A DNA stretch of 64,000 bases, taken from the NCBI GenBank assembly GCA_963721805.1, contig CAVRJY010000001.1, positions 1,056,001 through 1,120,000 on the forward strand, given 5' to 3'. This DNA comes from Nitrospirota bacterium. Lineage in GTDB: Bacteria > Nitrospirota > Thermodesulfovibrionia > Thermodesulfovibrionales > JdFR-86. Position 1 is the stretch's first letter, and the number at the start of each line of letters is the position of its first letter. Of the stretch, positions 50,167-61,400 are shown piece after piece. The notes beneath the pieces are model-generated. The model was given only the letters and a program-made list of their open reading frames with translations, did not search any database and was not told the DNA's origin. Made by a program: the position numbers and the translations under genes.

Positions 50167-51633
50167 TCAAGCCCCCCTGAGCCCGCCCAGCAGCGACAGG
50201 TTGTGCTCGCAGAGGTGCACTATCTGCTCCGTTGAGAACGCAAGCGGAAAGTAGGTGAGGCCGTGCCCGGCCCCGCCTTGCCTCTTAAGCCGGTTGATCA
50301 CGATCGAGTACTCCCTCGCCGCGCTCGGGCCGTCGCCGTCCGCGCGCAGTATGTCGGCCAGATAGAAGTGCGCGAGCCAGCACGAGGGCTCGATATACAG
50401 GGCCTCCTTGAAGCGCCTGAGCGCCAAATCATGGTCCTCCCTGGCATGCGCTGCCAGGGCCAGCAGGATGTGGCTTTCGAGGTGCCAGCGGTCTTTCGCG
50501 ATGGCGGCCGCGCAGATGGCCTCGGCCTCGTCAAAGCGCCTCAGGTTCAGCAGGACGCTCGCCTTGAGCATCATCGCGTTCAGCGCGGGCTCAGCCGCGA
50601 GGAGCTCGTCGATGATCTCAAGCGCCCGGTCATACCGCTTCTGCATCGCGCACTCGATGGCCGCGTCGAACGAGGCGCCGCTGGCCGGACGCGCTTGAGA
50701 GGCCTCGGCGGGTTTTGGTTTCCTCTTCTCCGCAGCCGGAGCGGCAGCCGGTTTATTGCGTTTCATGGCAGGGCTCGGCGGGCTTGGCTGCCTTCGGTCA
50801 CGGATCTCGACTATCGGCCCCTTTTGAAAGAGGAACACGCCCTCGATCTCCCTCTGCGTCAGGACGCCGATGTCATGCGCGAGCGTTTCGCTTGAGCTCA
50901 TCAGAAGGTATCCGTCATCGTTTAGTATCCCGGCAAGCTTGTGAAATATCCTGCCCTGCGTGTCGGAGTCGAAATATATCGAGACGTTGCGGTAGAGGAT
51001 GATGTCGGTGTTGTTCAGGGCGATGGGGTATGTCTCGGTCATGAAGTTGAGCTTGATGAAATTGACCTTCGCCTTGACGGTATCCTTGATTGCGTAGTGG
51101 TTATCGTCGAGCCGGTCGAAATACCTCTCGATGAGCTCCGGGGCGACGCCCCTGAATGAATGGTTCGAATAAATGCCGTTTTGAGCGGCCTGCAGTGCCT
51201 GGCTGTCGATGTCGAACCCGGTGATATCGAAGCTCCAGGCCGAACCCCTGGCCGCGCGGTCCATCAGGGCCATCGCGACCGAGTATGCCTCTTCGCCCGA
51301 GGAGCACCCGGCGCTTACTATGCGGATCCGCGCTCCGGGCGACCGTTTCGAGGCGATAAGCGGCACGAGGCGGTCCGCGATGAGCTCGATGTGCGACGGC
51401 TCGCGCATGAAGTAGGTCTCGTTTATCGTGAGCATGTTTACGAGCTCGGTGAATTCCTGCGGGTCCGAGCTCAGGAGCGCGCAGTATGCGTCATGCTCCG
51501 TGATCCCGGCCTTAAGCATCCGGGCCGCGAGCGCGTCTTTGAGCCTCTCGATCTTCGTCTCCTCGAAGACCAGGCCGCACCTCTCGCGCACTAGGCCCTG
51601 AAGCTGCTTATACCCCAGGAGGTCCGTATCCAA
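50167..51633 (-). CDS. cheR: CheR methyltransferase with TPR repeats
   Basis: TINETYFMRE, SAGCSSGEEAYS, RNVSIYF, TPR tail. Confidence 0.93.
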   Translation of the reverse strand: MDTDLLGYKQLQGLVRERCGLVFEETKIERLKDALAARMLKAGITEHDAYCALLSSDPQEFTELVNMLTINETYFMREPSHIELIADRLVPLIASKRSPGARIRIVSAGCSSGEEAYSVAMALMDRAARGSAWSFDITGFDIDSQALQAAQNGIYSNHSFRGVAPELIERYFDRLDDNHYAIKDTVKAKVNFIKLNFMTETYPIALNNTDIILYRNVSIYFDSDTQGRIFHKLAGILNDDGYLLMSSSETLAHDIGVLTQREIEGVFLFQKGPIVEIRDRRQPSPPSPAMKRNKPAAAPAAEKRKPKPAEASQARPASGASFDAAIECAMQKRYDRALEIIDELLAAEPALNAMMLKASVLLNLRRFDEAEAICAAAIAKDRWHLESHILLALAAHAREDHDLALRRFKEALYIEPSCWLAHFYLADILRADGDGPSAAREYSIVINRLKRQGGAGHGLTYFPLAFSTEQIVHLCEHNLSLLGGLRGA

Positions 51634-51644
51634 TGTGACGGTCC

Positions 51645-52706
51645 TTAAGCGGTCCTCTGACCGCTTTGCGCCGAGACGATCTCGATGAGCGTCCTGCCTA
51701 TCTCCTGTATCGGCAGGACCCTGTCGATGCAGCCGGTCTCTATCGCGACCCTCGGCATCCCGAAGACGACCGAGGTCCTCTCGTCCTGGGCGACTGTGAT
51801 GCCCCCGGCCTGCTTGATCTTCTGCATCCCGTAGACGCCGTCATTGCCCATGCCGGTGAGGATGACGCCGAGGCTGCGGCTTCCGAAGACGTCGGCCACG
51901 GACAGCAGCAGCCTGTCGCACGAAGGGCGGAAGATGTCCGAGGGCTGGCGCTCAACCAGTGCGATCCTTCCGTCGCCGCCCACGGTCATGTGCATCTCGG
52001 ATGGCGAGACATACGCATGACCCGGCCTCAGTTCGGCACCGTTTGCGCCCATCTGCACTTGCAGCCGCGTGAGCTTCCGAAACCAGTCGACCATGCCGGG
52101 GACGAACCCGTCGGAGATGTGCTGCGATATCAGGATAGGGCAGGGGAAGGTCTCGGGAAGGCTTGAGATTATGACCGAGAGTGCGTCCGGCCCTCCGGTC
52201 GATGACGCGATGGCGACCACCTTGTCGCTCTGCGGTGCGGCGTCAGCGCGCACAGCCGCGATATCCGGCGGCGGGGACGGCTGTTTATCGGCCTTCAGGT
52301 GCCTGCCCTTGAGGTGCGTCAGGACCTGCACGCGCGCGAGCAGCTTGACCTTCGAGATGAACTCGGCCGCGACTTGCAGGTTCACGTCCGGCTTCTCTAT
52401 CAGGTCCAGCGCCCCGCGCGAGATCGCGGAATACGCGGTATGCGCGTCTCCGAGCGAGGTCACGACCAGTATCGGCCTCGCGTTGTTGGCCATGATCTGC
52501 TCGATCGCGTCGAGGCCGTTCATCACAGGCATCTCGATGTCCATCGTGATGATGTCGGGCTTGAGGACCGCGGCCATGGCTATCGCCTCGGCGCCGTTTT
52601 TGGCCTCGCCCACGATGACGATCTGGCCGTCGCTAGAGAGTATGGCCTTGATAAGGTCCCGCGCCAGGACGCTGTCGTCGGCTATGAGCACCTTGATCTC
52701 GGGCAT
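51645..52706 (-). CDS. cheB: CheB methylesterase
   Basis: REC domain plus ASSTGGP, QH, TGMGNDG. Confidence 0.95.
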   Translation of the reverse strand: MPEIKVLIADDSVLARDLIKAILSSDGQIVIVGEAKNGAEAIAMAAVLKPDIITMDIEMPVMNGLDAIEQIMANNARPILVVTSLGDAHTAYSAISRGALDLIEKPDVNLQVAAEFISKVKLLARVQVLTHLKGRHLKADKQPSPPPDIAAVRADAAPQSDKVVAIASSTGGPDALSVIISSLPETFPCPILISQHISDGFVPGMVDWFRKLTRLQVQMGANGAELRPGHAYVSPSEMHMTVGGDGRIALVERQPSDIFRPSCDRLLLSVADVFGSRSLGVILTGMGNDGVYGMQKIKQAGGITVAQDERTSVVFGMPRVAIETGCIDRVLPIQEIGRTLIEIVSAQSGQRTA

Positions 52707-52743
52707 TTCTAGCGCGTCCCCGATACTTCCGCTTGCCTGCGCA

Positions 52744-54441
52744 TCAGCTTCTGAGGTCTTCCACCGACTGCTCGAGCATCGCGGCCTTCTGCATTAGGTC
52801 CCTGCTTATGACGTCGATGCGGGCTATGGCGCTCGATGTCTGCGTGGCGCCCGAGACAATGTCCCGCAGGGCCATGACCACCTGGTTGCTGGCAGTCTTC
52901 TGCTGCTGGGTCGAAAGCGAGATCTGTTTTGCGGCGTCGGTCGTGGACTGGGCCGCGGAGACGACGTTTATGAGCACCTCGGCCGTCTCGTTGGAATGCC
53001 GCATCCCCTCGTTGACGACCTTGGCGCTCTTCTCCGACGAGATGACCAGGCGGTTGATCGCCTCCTGTATCTCGCTGACCTTGGCCTCGATCTCGTCGGT
53101 GGATTCCATGACGCTGTCGGCCAGGCGCCGGATCTCGACCGCGACGACCCCGAAGCGCTTGCCGTACTCCCCCGCGCTCGAGGCCTCCAGCGCCGCGTTA
53201 AACGCGATGAGCTTCGTCTGGTCCGCGATCGTGTTTATGATCTCCATGATCGAGGTAATCTCCTTGGACTTGCGCCCAAGCTCGATGATCTCGCTTATGT
53301 TCGTCTCGGTATCGCTCTTGATATCCGCGATCTGCGATATGACGGTCTCGATGGACTCGGCCCCCTTCGTGGTGTTCTGCCACGTGTCGGAGGCTATCTG
53401 CACGACCGACTTGGAGTGGTCCGCGATCTGGGACGAGGACGACGAGAGCTCCTCGACCGTGGAGGTGATCTCCGCTATCGCGGCCGACTGCTGGGCCGAG
53501 ATCGCGGCCTGCGCGGAGAGCGCGGAGGATATCTCGGCTATCGCGGCGTTCAGGCCCTTGATGGTGGCCGTGATGTCCGCAAGCGTGCGCTTGAGCCGCT
53601 CGTTGGACTGGTTTATGAACGTCGCTATCCGGCCGATCTCGTTGTCCGTGACCACGGGGATCGGGGACTGGTCGTTGCTGTTGAGGCGCCTGCTGATCTC
53701 GTCTACCTGCCTTCCGACATACCTGTTTGTAAGCCTCACCGAGATGAAGATGACGAGCGCCGAAAGCATGACAAAGAGCGCGGCGACCTTGGTCGAGAGC
53801 GACGTGATATCGCGCTTGATCGTGGCCCGCTCGGCGCTGACGAGGGCCTGGATATCGTCGATGTACACCCCTGTGCCTATCACCCAGCCGAAGGGCTCAT
53901 AGAGCCTGACGTACGAGAGCTTGGGTTTGTCTTCGGTCAGGCCGGCGGCTGTGGGCTTAGGCCACATGTAGTCCACGTAGCCCTCGCCGCTGGCCTTGCA
54001 CGTCTGTACGAAGGCCTGAAACAGGTTCTCGTTCCTGCCGAGCGCGCAATTGAACTTGGGCGAGTCCAGCACCGTGTTGTCGAGGGCCGGTATGGTGGGG
54101 TGCATTATCATCCTGGGGTAGGGCTGCCCCATGTCGTTGATCCAGAGGTACCCGCTGTCGCCGTAGCGCATGCTCTTTATTATCGCCTTGGCCTCGGACA
54201 TCGGGCGGCCCTCGATGGCCTTGATCGCGATATCGACGTAGTTTTTGAGTTCGTTCTTTTTCTGGGCCATGAGTTCGGCCTCGTAGAGCCTGACCTTCCG
54301 CTCGCCCTGCTCGGCATTCCAGAGCATGATGCCCCCGAAGATGAAGATAGAGGCCAGGATCGGGAGCGCGGCCACCAGGAGCATCTGCGCCTTTATGGAC
54401 TGTCTGAAGTTCAGGTAATCCTTCCACTCGAATCTGCTCAT
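52744..54441 (-). CDS. Methyl-accepting chemotaxis protein with Cache domain
   Basis: YLWIND...MHP...GWVIGTGVY and IADQTKLIAFNAALEA; the ATG overlaps the cheW stop. Confidence 0.93.
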   Translation of the reverse strand: MSRFEWKDYLNFRQSIKAQMLLVAALPILASIFIFGGIMLWNAEQGERKVRLYEAELMAQKKNELKNYVDIAIKAIEGRPMSEAKAIIKSMRYGDSGYLWINDMGQPYPRMIMHPTIPALDNTVLDSPKFNCALGRNENLFQAFVQTCKASGEGYVDYMWPKPTAAGLTEDKPKLSYVRLYEPFGWVIGTGVYIDDIQALVSAERATIKRDITSLSTKVAALFVMLSALVIFISVRLTNRYVGRQVDEISRRLNSNDQSPIPVVTDNEIGRIATFINQSNERLKRTLADITATIKGLNAAIAEISSALSAQAAISAQQSAAIAEITSTVEELSSSSSQIADHSKSVVQIASDTWQNTTKGAESIETVISQIADIKSDTETNISEIIELGRKSKEITSIMEIINTIADQTKLIAFNAALEASSAGEYGKRFGVVAVEIRRLADSVMESTDEIEAKVSEIQEAINRLVISSEKSAKVVNEGMRHSNETAEVLINVVSAAQSTTDAAKQISLSTQQQKTASNQVVMALRDIVSGATQTSSAIARIDVISRDLMQKAAMLEQSVEDLRS

Positions 54442-54866
54442 TAAGCGGTCTCCTTGACAGCGGCTATTTTTTGCATGTCCAGAATCAGTATGATCTCGTC
54501 GTACCTCACGATGCCGCCGATATAAGGGGCCAGCCCCTCGCACCGCAGGACGGAGCGCGGCAGGGGCAGGATCCCGGCGGGCTCGACCTCGGCCATCTCT
54601 TCAAGCGAGTCTATCAGTATCCCGAGCGCGGGATCGCTGTTTTTTATCACGAGGACATTCGATCCCCGCTCACCCGGCGCGGCCTCGCTTTCGCTCTCCG
54701 TGCCCAGCAGCCCGGAGAGCGGGATAAGTTTTATGCCGCGCCCGCGGGCCGTGGCCGGATCGATCACGGCCGAGACATTCCCGGCGTATGTCCCCATCTT
54801 CAGGCGGCCGAACGAAAAGACCAGCACCTTCACCGCCCCGGTCGGGGCATTGCATAAAGCTGTCAT
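54441..54866 (-). CDS. CheW-like protein (divergent)
   Basis: LIPLSGLLG, GILIDSLEE, ILILD; operon context. Confidence 0.75.
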   Translation of the reverse strand: MTALCNAPTGAVKVLVFSFGRLKMGTYAGNVSAVIDPATARGRGIKLIPLSGLLGTESESEAAPGERGSNVLVIKNSDPALGILIDSLEEMAEVEPAGILPLPRSVLRCEGLAPYIGGIVRYDEIILILDMQKIAAVKETA

Positions 54867-54888
54867 AAGAGCCTGGCCTCGTGCGTCG

Positions 54889-55350
54889 TCATGAGCAGGC
54901 CATCCTGAAGATGTTCGCGGCGTTCAGAAGCGTGATGTTCCTGTCGCCCACCAGGACCTCGCCGGTAACGAAATCCCTTATCATGTCGTCGAGGGTCGAT
55001 AGCGGCGGCGATATCGCGCTTTCGGGGACGTCGACCACGTCCTCGATGGCGTCGACCAGAACTCCGGTGCGTATCCCGCCGTCCTCGGCGATGATGACGC
55101 GGTTGTCCTTACCGGGCTTTGCCTCGGGGTATCCGAGCAGCCTGTTGATGTCGATCACGGACTCGATGTCGCCGCGCACGTTTATAATGCCGAGCACGGT
55201 TTCGGGCGCGCCGGGTACGGGGAATATGCTGGGACGGTAGAGGATCTCCTTGACGACCGAGCCGTGCATCGCGAAGTGTACATGCGCTATGCTCAATACC
55301 ACCATCATCACACGTTTTTCATCAACCTCGACCAGTTGCTCGTCCTTCAC
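54889..55350 (-). CDS. cheW: CheW adaptor
   Basis: PVPGAPETVLGIINVRGDI, GVLVDAIEDV. Confidence 0.92.
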   Translation of the reverse strand: MKDEQLVEVDEKRVMMVVLSIAHVHFAMHGSVVKEILYRPSIFPVPGAPETVLGIINVRGDIESVIDINRLLGYPEAKPGKDNRVIIAEDGGIRTGVLVDAIEDVVDVPESAISPPLSTLDDMIRDFVTGEVLVGDRNITLLNAANIFRMACS

Positions 55351-55445
55351 GCTATTTCACGCCCCTCCTGATAGTTTGTTTATAATATTGCTTACTGTAT
55401 TGTATGTCAAGGCTGATAACATAATAACAACCTATACACTTAATC

Positions 55446-58400
55446 TCAAACCCTCACATCGACCCAGTGTTCCCGGTGGTCGTCAACCAGCGGGATAACC
55501 GATTCGGGCTGCACAACGCCATCGACCGTTACGCCTTTTCTGCCGCCCACTTGCACGGTGATATGGTAAATTGTTTCCCTGTGGCGGTAGTGGATCTTGA
55601 ACGTCTCCCAATCCTCAGGCAGGCATGGCGCAATGCGCAGCTTGTCCTTTTCGAGCCTCAGACCGAGGAGGGATTCCAGGATGAGCCTGTACATCCAGCC
55701 TGCTGAGCCAGTATACCAAGTCCAGCCTCCCCGGCCGATATGTGGCGAGACTGCATATACGTCGGCCGCGACAACGTACGGTTCGACCTTATAGGTTTCC
55801 GTATCTTCAAGCGATATGGCATGGTTTACGGGGTTTATCATCCTCAGCAGTTCCCATGCCCGCCGTCCGTCGCCTAACCGGGCGAAGGCCATCGCAGCCC
55901 ATATTGCGCCATGGGTGTATTGCCCTCCGTTTTCCCTCACGCCCGGCACATAGCCCTTTATATAGCCGGGGTTCAGGTCGGATTTATCGAACGGAGGGTC
56001 GAGCAGCTGTATAAGGCCATGCTCGCGCCTTACGAGGCGCTTATCCACGGCCTCCATAGCCGTTGCCGAACGATCCGCATCGCCGGCGCCGGAGAGTACG
56101 GACCAGCTTTGCGAGATGGAATCAATCTGGCATTCTGCATTGCCCGCAGAACCAAGCGGCATGCCGTCGTCAAAGTATGCGCGGCGGTACCAGCCGCCGT
56201 CCCAGCCATGCTTTTCGATGTTCACCTTCAGCTGGGCCGCCTCGTCATTGCAGCGCTCGACAAAAGGCCGATCCCCGCGCATGTTCGCTATCTTGGCAAA
56301 CTCAATGAGGACATCGTAAAGGAAGAATCCCAGCCATACGCTCTCGCCCTTGCCCTGCGCGCCGACCATGTTCATTCCGTCATTCCAGTCTCCCGTGCCG
56401 ATAAGAGGCAGGCCATGCTCCCCGTGGGTGATGCCCTTAGTGATGGCGCGCACGCAGTGTTCGTACAGAGTGGCCGTCTGCTCGGACTGGCCGGGAAGGT
56501 CGTAATACGAATCCTCGCCCGCGTTTACCTGTCTGCTGTCGAGGAAGCGGACAGGTTCATCCAGCACCCCGGTATCCCCCGTGCTCGCGACATACCGTGA
56601 TGCGGCCAGCGGCAGCCAGAGCAGGTCATCTGAGCAGTGGGTGCGGACGCCCTGGCCCAGCGGAGGATGCCACCAGTGCTGGACATCCCCCTCGATAAAC
56701 TGTCGAGACGCGGCCAGGAGCAGGTGCTCGCGCACGAGACCCGGTTTCGTATGGACGAGCGCCATCATGTCCTGCAGCTGGTCGCGGAAACCGAAAGCGC
56801 CCCCCGACTGGTAGTATCCGCTGCGGGCCCACATACGGCATGCCAGGGTCTGATATACCAGCCAGCCATTGGCCATTATGTCTACGGATCGGTCGGGTGT
56901 CTCGACCTGAACCGCGCCGAGCGTTTGGTTCCAATGATTCCAGAGCGACTCCAACGCCTTGCGCGCGGCAGCCGCCCCTCGGAACCGGCGCACCAGTCCG
57001 CTGGTGTCGTTTGCGTCCCGGCCCGCGCCCAGCCTGAAAATCACCTCGCGCTCCTGTCCGTCGGCAAGCTCAAAGGGGACCTGTATGGCGGCGCACGGAT
57101 CCAGGGCGGCGCCGACCCTGCCTGATAGCCTCGAGCGGGTCATCGCCGCCGGGTTTTGAAGCGTGCCGTTACGGCCGATGAACTCCGTCCGGTCGCAGCT
57201 GACGGTGCGGGCCGACTCATCCACGTCGAAGAAGGCGGTCCGGTCAGCGAACATAGTATTGTATGGGTTCCGCGCAAACAGCGCACCGCTTTCGAGGTCA
57301 ATTTCGGTGATAACGTGCATCGCGGTTTTTGAGCGCAGATCACCCAATACCCATTCCACATAACCCGTAGCGGACAGCCGTCTTGATCTTCCTGACTCGT
57401 TCTTAACCTTTAAGGCCGTAAACTTTACCGATGCATCAAGGGCCACATAGACCCACATCTCGATCCTTATGCCGTCCTCAGTGTGCTCAAACACGCTGTA
57501 GCCGAACCCGTGGCGGCTGGCGTAATGGCCTGCCCCACGGCTTGGCAGAGGGGAGGGGGACCAATAGTGACCGCTCTCTTCGTCTCGCATGTAGAAGGCC
57601 TCTCCGCTTGAGTCGCTCACCGGGTCGTTGTGCCATGGGGTGAGGCGGAATTCGTGGGCGTTGTCTATCCAGGTGTACGCGAGCCCGCTCTCGGATATGA
57701 CAGATCCGAAGTTCGGGTTTGCCAGGACATTCACCCAGGGGGCCGGAGTCACCTGCCCGTGCGTCGTCGTGATTACGTACTCGCGGCCATCGGGAGTGAA
57801 GCCTCCGATCCCGTTGGAAAAGAGCAGATCCCCGCGAGGCGACGTCGCGACATTCGTGGATTCCTCCCGGTAAGCACGAGTCGGTATGAGGCGCGGCATG
57901 CCTGGCTCGGAATTACGGTTAGTCGGCCAGATGGTCTGGTTCACCAGCGTTCCGCGGCTGTCGGTGATGATGGCGCGTGCCACGGTATTAAACAGGATGC
58001 GGTCCTCGTTCGATATCTGATCCGCGGGTCTCACAAAAATGCCGCCCGGCCGGTCCAGCACGTTCACTTCGAGGTCAGCGGCAATGATCCCCAATATCTC
58101 CTCTTGCAGGATTTGCCGGTAACCGGCGTGGTCTTCGTTCCAGATCACCAAATCCACTTCAAGACCTTTTAAGCGCCAGTAGGCGTGGGCCTTGACGAGC
58201 TGCCGAACCAGTTCTATATTGGCCGAGCTTTCGATCTGTAGCAGCACGATAGGCAGGTCGCCCGAAACAGAGTAGCCCCACAGGCCGGATTGACCCCGGC
58301 GGTTGCTGACAATGACGCCCGACTCGGCGCGCATAGAGGAATTGGCATAGATGACCGAGCTCGCCAGACGCCCGTATATCTGCGCCTCGGTCTCCGTGGC

Positions 58401-61400
58401 GTTGATCTGCCGCAGGAGCACCTGGGAGTGCGTCCACGCCAGGTTAAAGACGCGGTCCGCGAGCAGCCTGTCCTGGTATTTTTCAATAAGCCCCATGCAG
58501 GCGTCACGGTTATCCGCGATGCCTGTAACTATATTGACAGTGGCCGATTTCTCCGGCTCGATCGTTACCCTGTAGCGCACAGCGACGATGGGATCGAGAA
58601 CGGAGCCCTGACTGTTCGAGAGGTTTCCCGTCGCCTGATCGCTCATGGCCTGTGGGTCGGCGACCGTGTTGCCCCGTCCTATGAACTTAAGGCGGTCGGT
58701 CTCGTATGAAGCCTCCTCCGCATCCGCCCCGTGCACGGCCACCAGATGAAACATCCACGGCGACCGGTCTTCAACGGAGCGGGGACGGCGTGTGCAGAGT
58801 ATGGCGCCCTGATGGCGGATGATCTCGGTCTGGACAAAGAGGTTGCTGAACGCAGGGTGCAGCGCATCGGACGCGGGAGACGCCAGTACCACTTCGGCGT
58901 AACTCGTTACGTCGATCTCCCTGGCAGTCCGCGAGCGGTTGGTGATCGTGATGCGGCGCAGTTCAATGTCATCCTCGGGCGAAACGGTAATCTCGGTATG
59001 CATATCGATGTTATTGTCCGTGCGGCGGAACTCCACGCGCGCCTCAGAGAAAATCGCCTCGTACTTCTTCGGCGTTTTAAGCGTAGGCTGGTACGCGGCA
59101 GACCAGAACTCTCCGGACGCCACGTCCTTTACGTAACAAAACGTGCCCCAGTTGTCGCAGGTGGTGTCTTCGCGCCAGCGCGTGACAGCTATGTCTTTCC
59201 ATCGGCTGTAACCGCCCCCGGCGTTCGTGACCATCACGTGGTATCTGCCGTTTGAGAGCAGCTGCACTTCCGGGACAGGCGTGTTGGGGCTCCCCAGTAC
59301 GCGTACCGGCATCTCCGTATCCGCGGACGCAGCGCGGACCTCCGAGATCTCTTCTGTGTGCGAGTAAAATGCAGTGGCCTTAGGCACCCGTTCCTGGAGC
59401 AGCAGCATGGTTGCCTGCAACTCAGGGTCAGACTCGAACCTCTTTTGCATACGTCCGTCCAGGAGCAACCAGGCCAGCGAGAGAAGGCTCATGCCTTGAT
59501 GGTGCGCCATGAAGGACCGGATTATCGCGTGCTGCTGCCCGCGCTGCAGGCGGGAAGGCGTGTAGTCTATAGCTTCATAAAAGCCGTATCGGGTCTCGAG
59601 CCCTTCGGCGGAGAGCCGCTGCAGGTTCATGCATGCCTCTTCTGGCGACACTGTCAGGGCAAGCGCCGAGGCGTATGGCGCCACCACCAGGTCCTCGGCG
59701 AGACCGCGCTTGAGCCCAAGGCCTGGCACGCCGAACGCGCGGTACTGGTAGCTAAGATGAACGTCTATAGTGTTGAAGCCTGACTCGGATATGCCCCACG
59801 GCACCCTGCGCTTGTTTCCGTATTCGATCTGCCTGGCCACGGCCGCCTTGCAGGTCTGGTCGAGCAGCGTGTTTTCATAGTTCGGCATAACCAGCAGAGG
59901 CATCAGGTACTCAAACATCGAGCCGCTCCATGAAAGCAGGACAGGGTCGCCTCCGGTGGTGGTAAGCAGGCGCCCCAGCGCGAACCAGCTCTCCTGCGGA
60001 AGTTGTCCCTGAGCAATCCCCACGAAACAGCTCAGCCTCGCCTCAGAGGCCAGCAAATCGTAATAACTCTCGTCCAGGCGCCGCTCGCCTACGTTATATC
60101 CGATGGATAGGAGATGACGGGTCTTGTCGAACAGGAAATCGTATTCCATCCGGCTGAGTTCGCCGGCCTCCCGGGCCAGCCGTTCGATCGTACTGATTCT
60201 CAGCATTGCACGCTCCGCTGCCTCTTTGACAAGGAGTTTTTGGGCGGACGGTGAATTCTGCTCAAGGCCGGCCAGTTGCCGCAGAGTCGGGATCTCCAGC
60301 AGGGCCGGGAACTCACGGATGGTCTCAGGGGAATCCGCGAGCATTATCCATGGGGTGAGCAGTGCCAGTTCGTCGAGGGCTGCCTTGCATTGCGCGGCGA
60401 AGGCCTGCGCCCACATCAGGGCTTGTTTATCGGTGGCAGTTAAGCCCGCGACCAGTTCCTCGGCGGCCGAAGCCATTCGCTCGAGGCAGAGCCGCGCCGT
60501 CATTAAGGTATCTGGAGTGGAATTACGCGCCGCCTCCATTGCCAGCCGAAGGCGGTCGAGCTTGGCAGGAGCGGTTCCCTCTGCAGCGTCAACGAGGATC
60601 AGGAAGGTATCGTAGAGACCGTCAAACGCCTGCGCTCCAAGAATATTTTGATCAGGAAGCTCCAGCAGGCCGGGCCGCAGCGTAAGGAGATCGCCCGCTA
60701 GGTTGCCGCTGTCCACCGACGATATATAGGTGGGCATCAGCGGCTTTAATGATTGCGTATCGTACCAGTTATAAAAATGGCCGCGGTATCGCTCCAGGGC
60801 ACTCATCGTATGGAGCGCGTTTGACGTGCGTTCTATCAGCTGTCCCGTCGAGATGTAGCCAAAATCATGAGCGGACAAGTTCGACAGCAGCGCGAGCCCC
60901 ATGTTAGTGGGCGATGTGCGGTGCGCAATGATCGAGACCGGATGCTCCTGATAGTTATCAGGTGGCAGCCAGTTGTCGTCAGGTCCGACGAATGTCTCAA
61001 AAAACGCCCACGTCTTTCTGGAAACCTTCCTGAGATATACGGTCTGCTCGGCAGTCAGTCTTGATTTGCGGCGTGCGAGCGGCAGGCTGATCCACCAGGC
61101 GATAGCCGGGGATGCGAACCAGAGGCCCAACAGCGGGGCCGCCAATGCCAGCGTCCCGGGCCTCGAAAGTGCCAACTGGATCGCGGCGGCGACCGCGATC
61201 GCTGGGGCGATCCACATCGACCGAATGAAGGTGCCAAGACCGGTGTGCCTGATATTGCTCGATGCGTTCCACTCAAGAAGCCGTCTATGTGCGAATATCA
61301 TCCTCCATGCGGTGCGCGCGATGGCGTCCAGGCTGTAAAGAGCCTCGTAAGGCAGGCAGGCCAGCGTAAACGCAGCCTGGGCAACACGCATGCCGGTAGA

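Noticed and set aside
52733..54444. Long plus-strand ORFs (52733-53902, 52996-54444; likewise 19845-20942, 48162-49307, 18304-19254)
   Set aside because: Antisense shadows of well-supported GC-rich genes, with no recognisable motifs.
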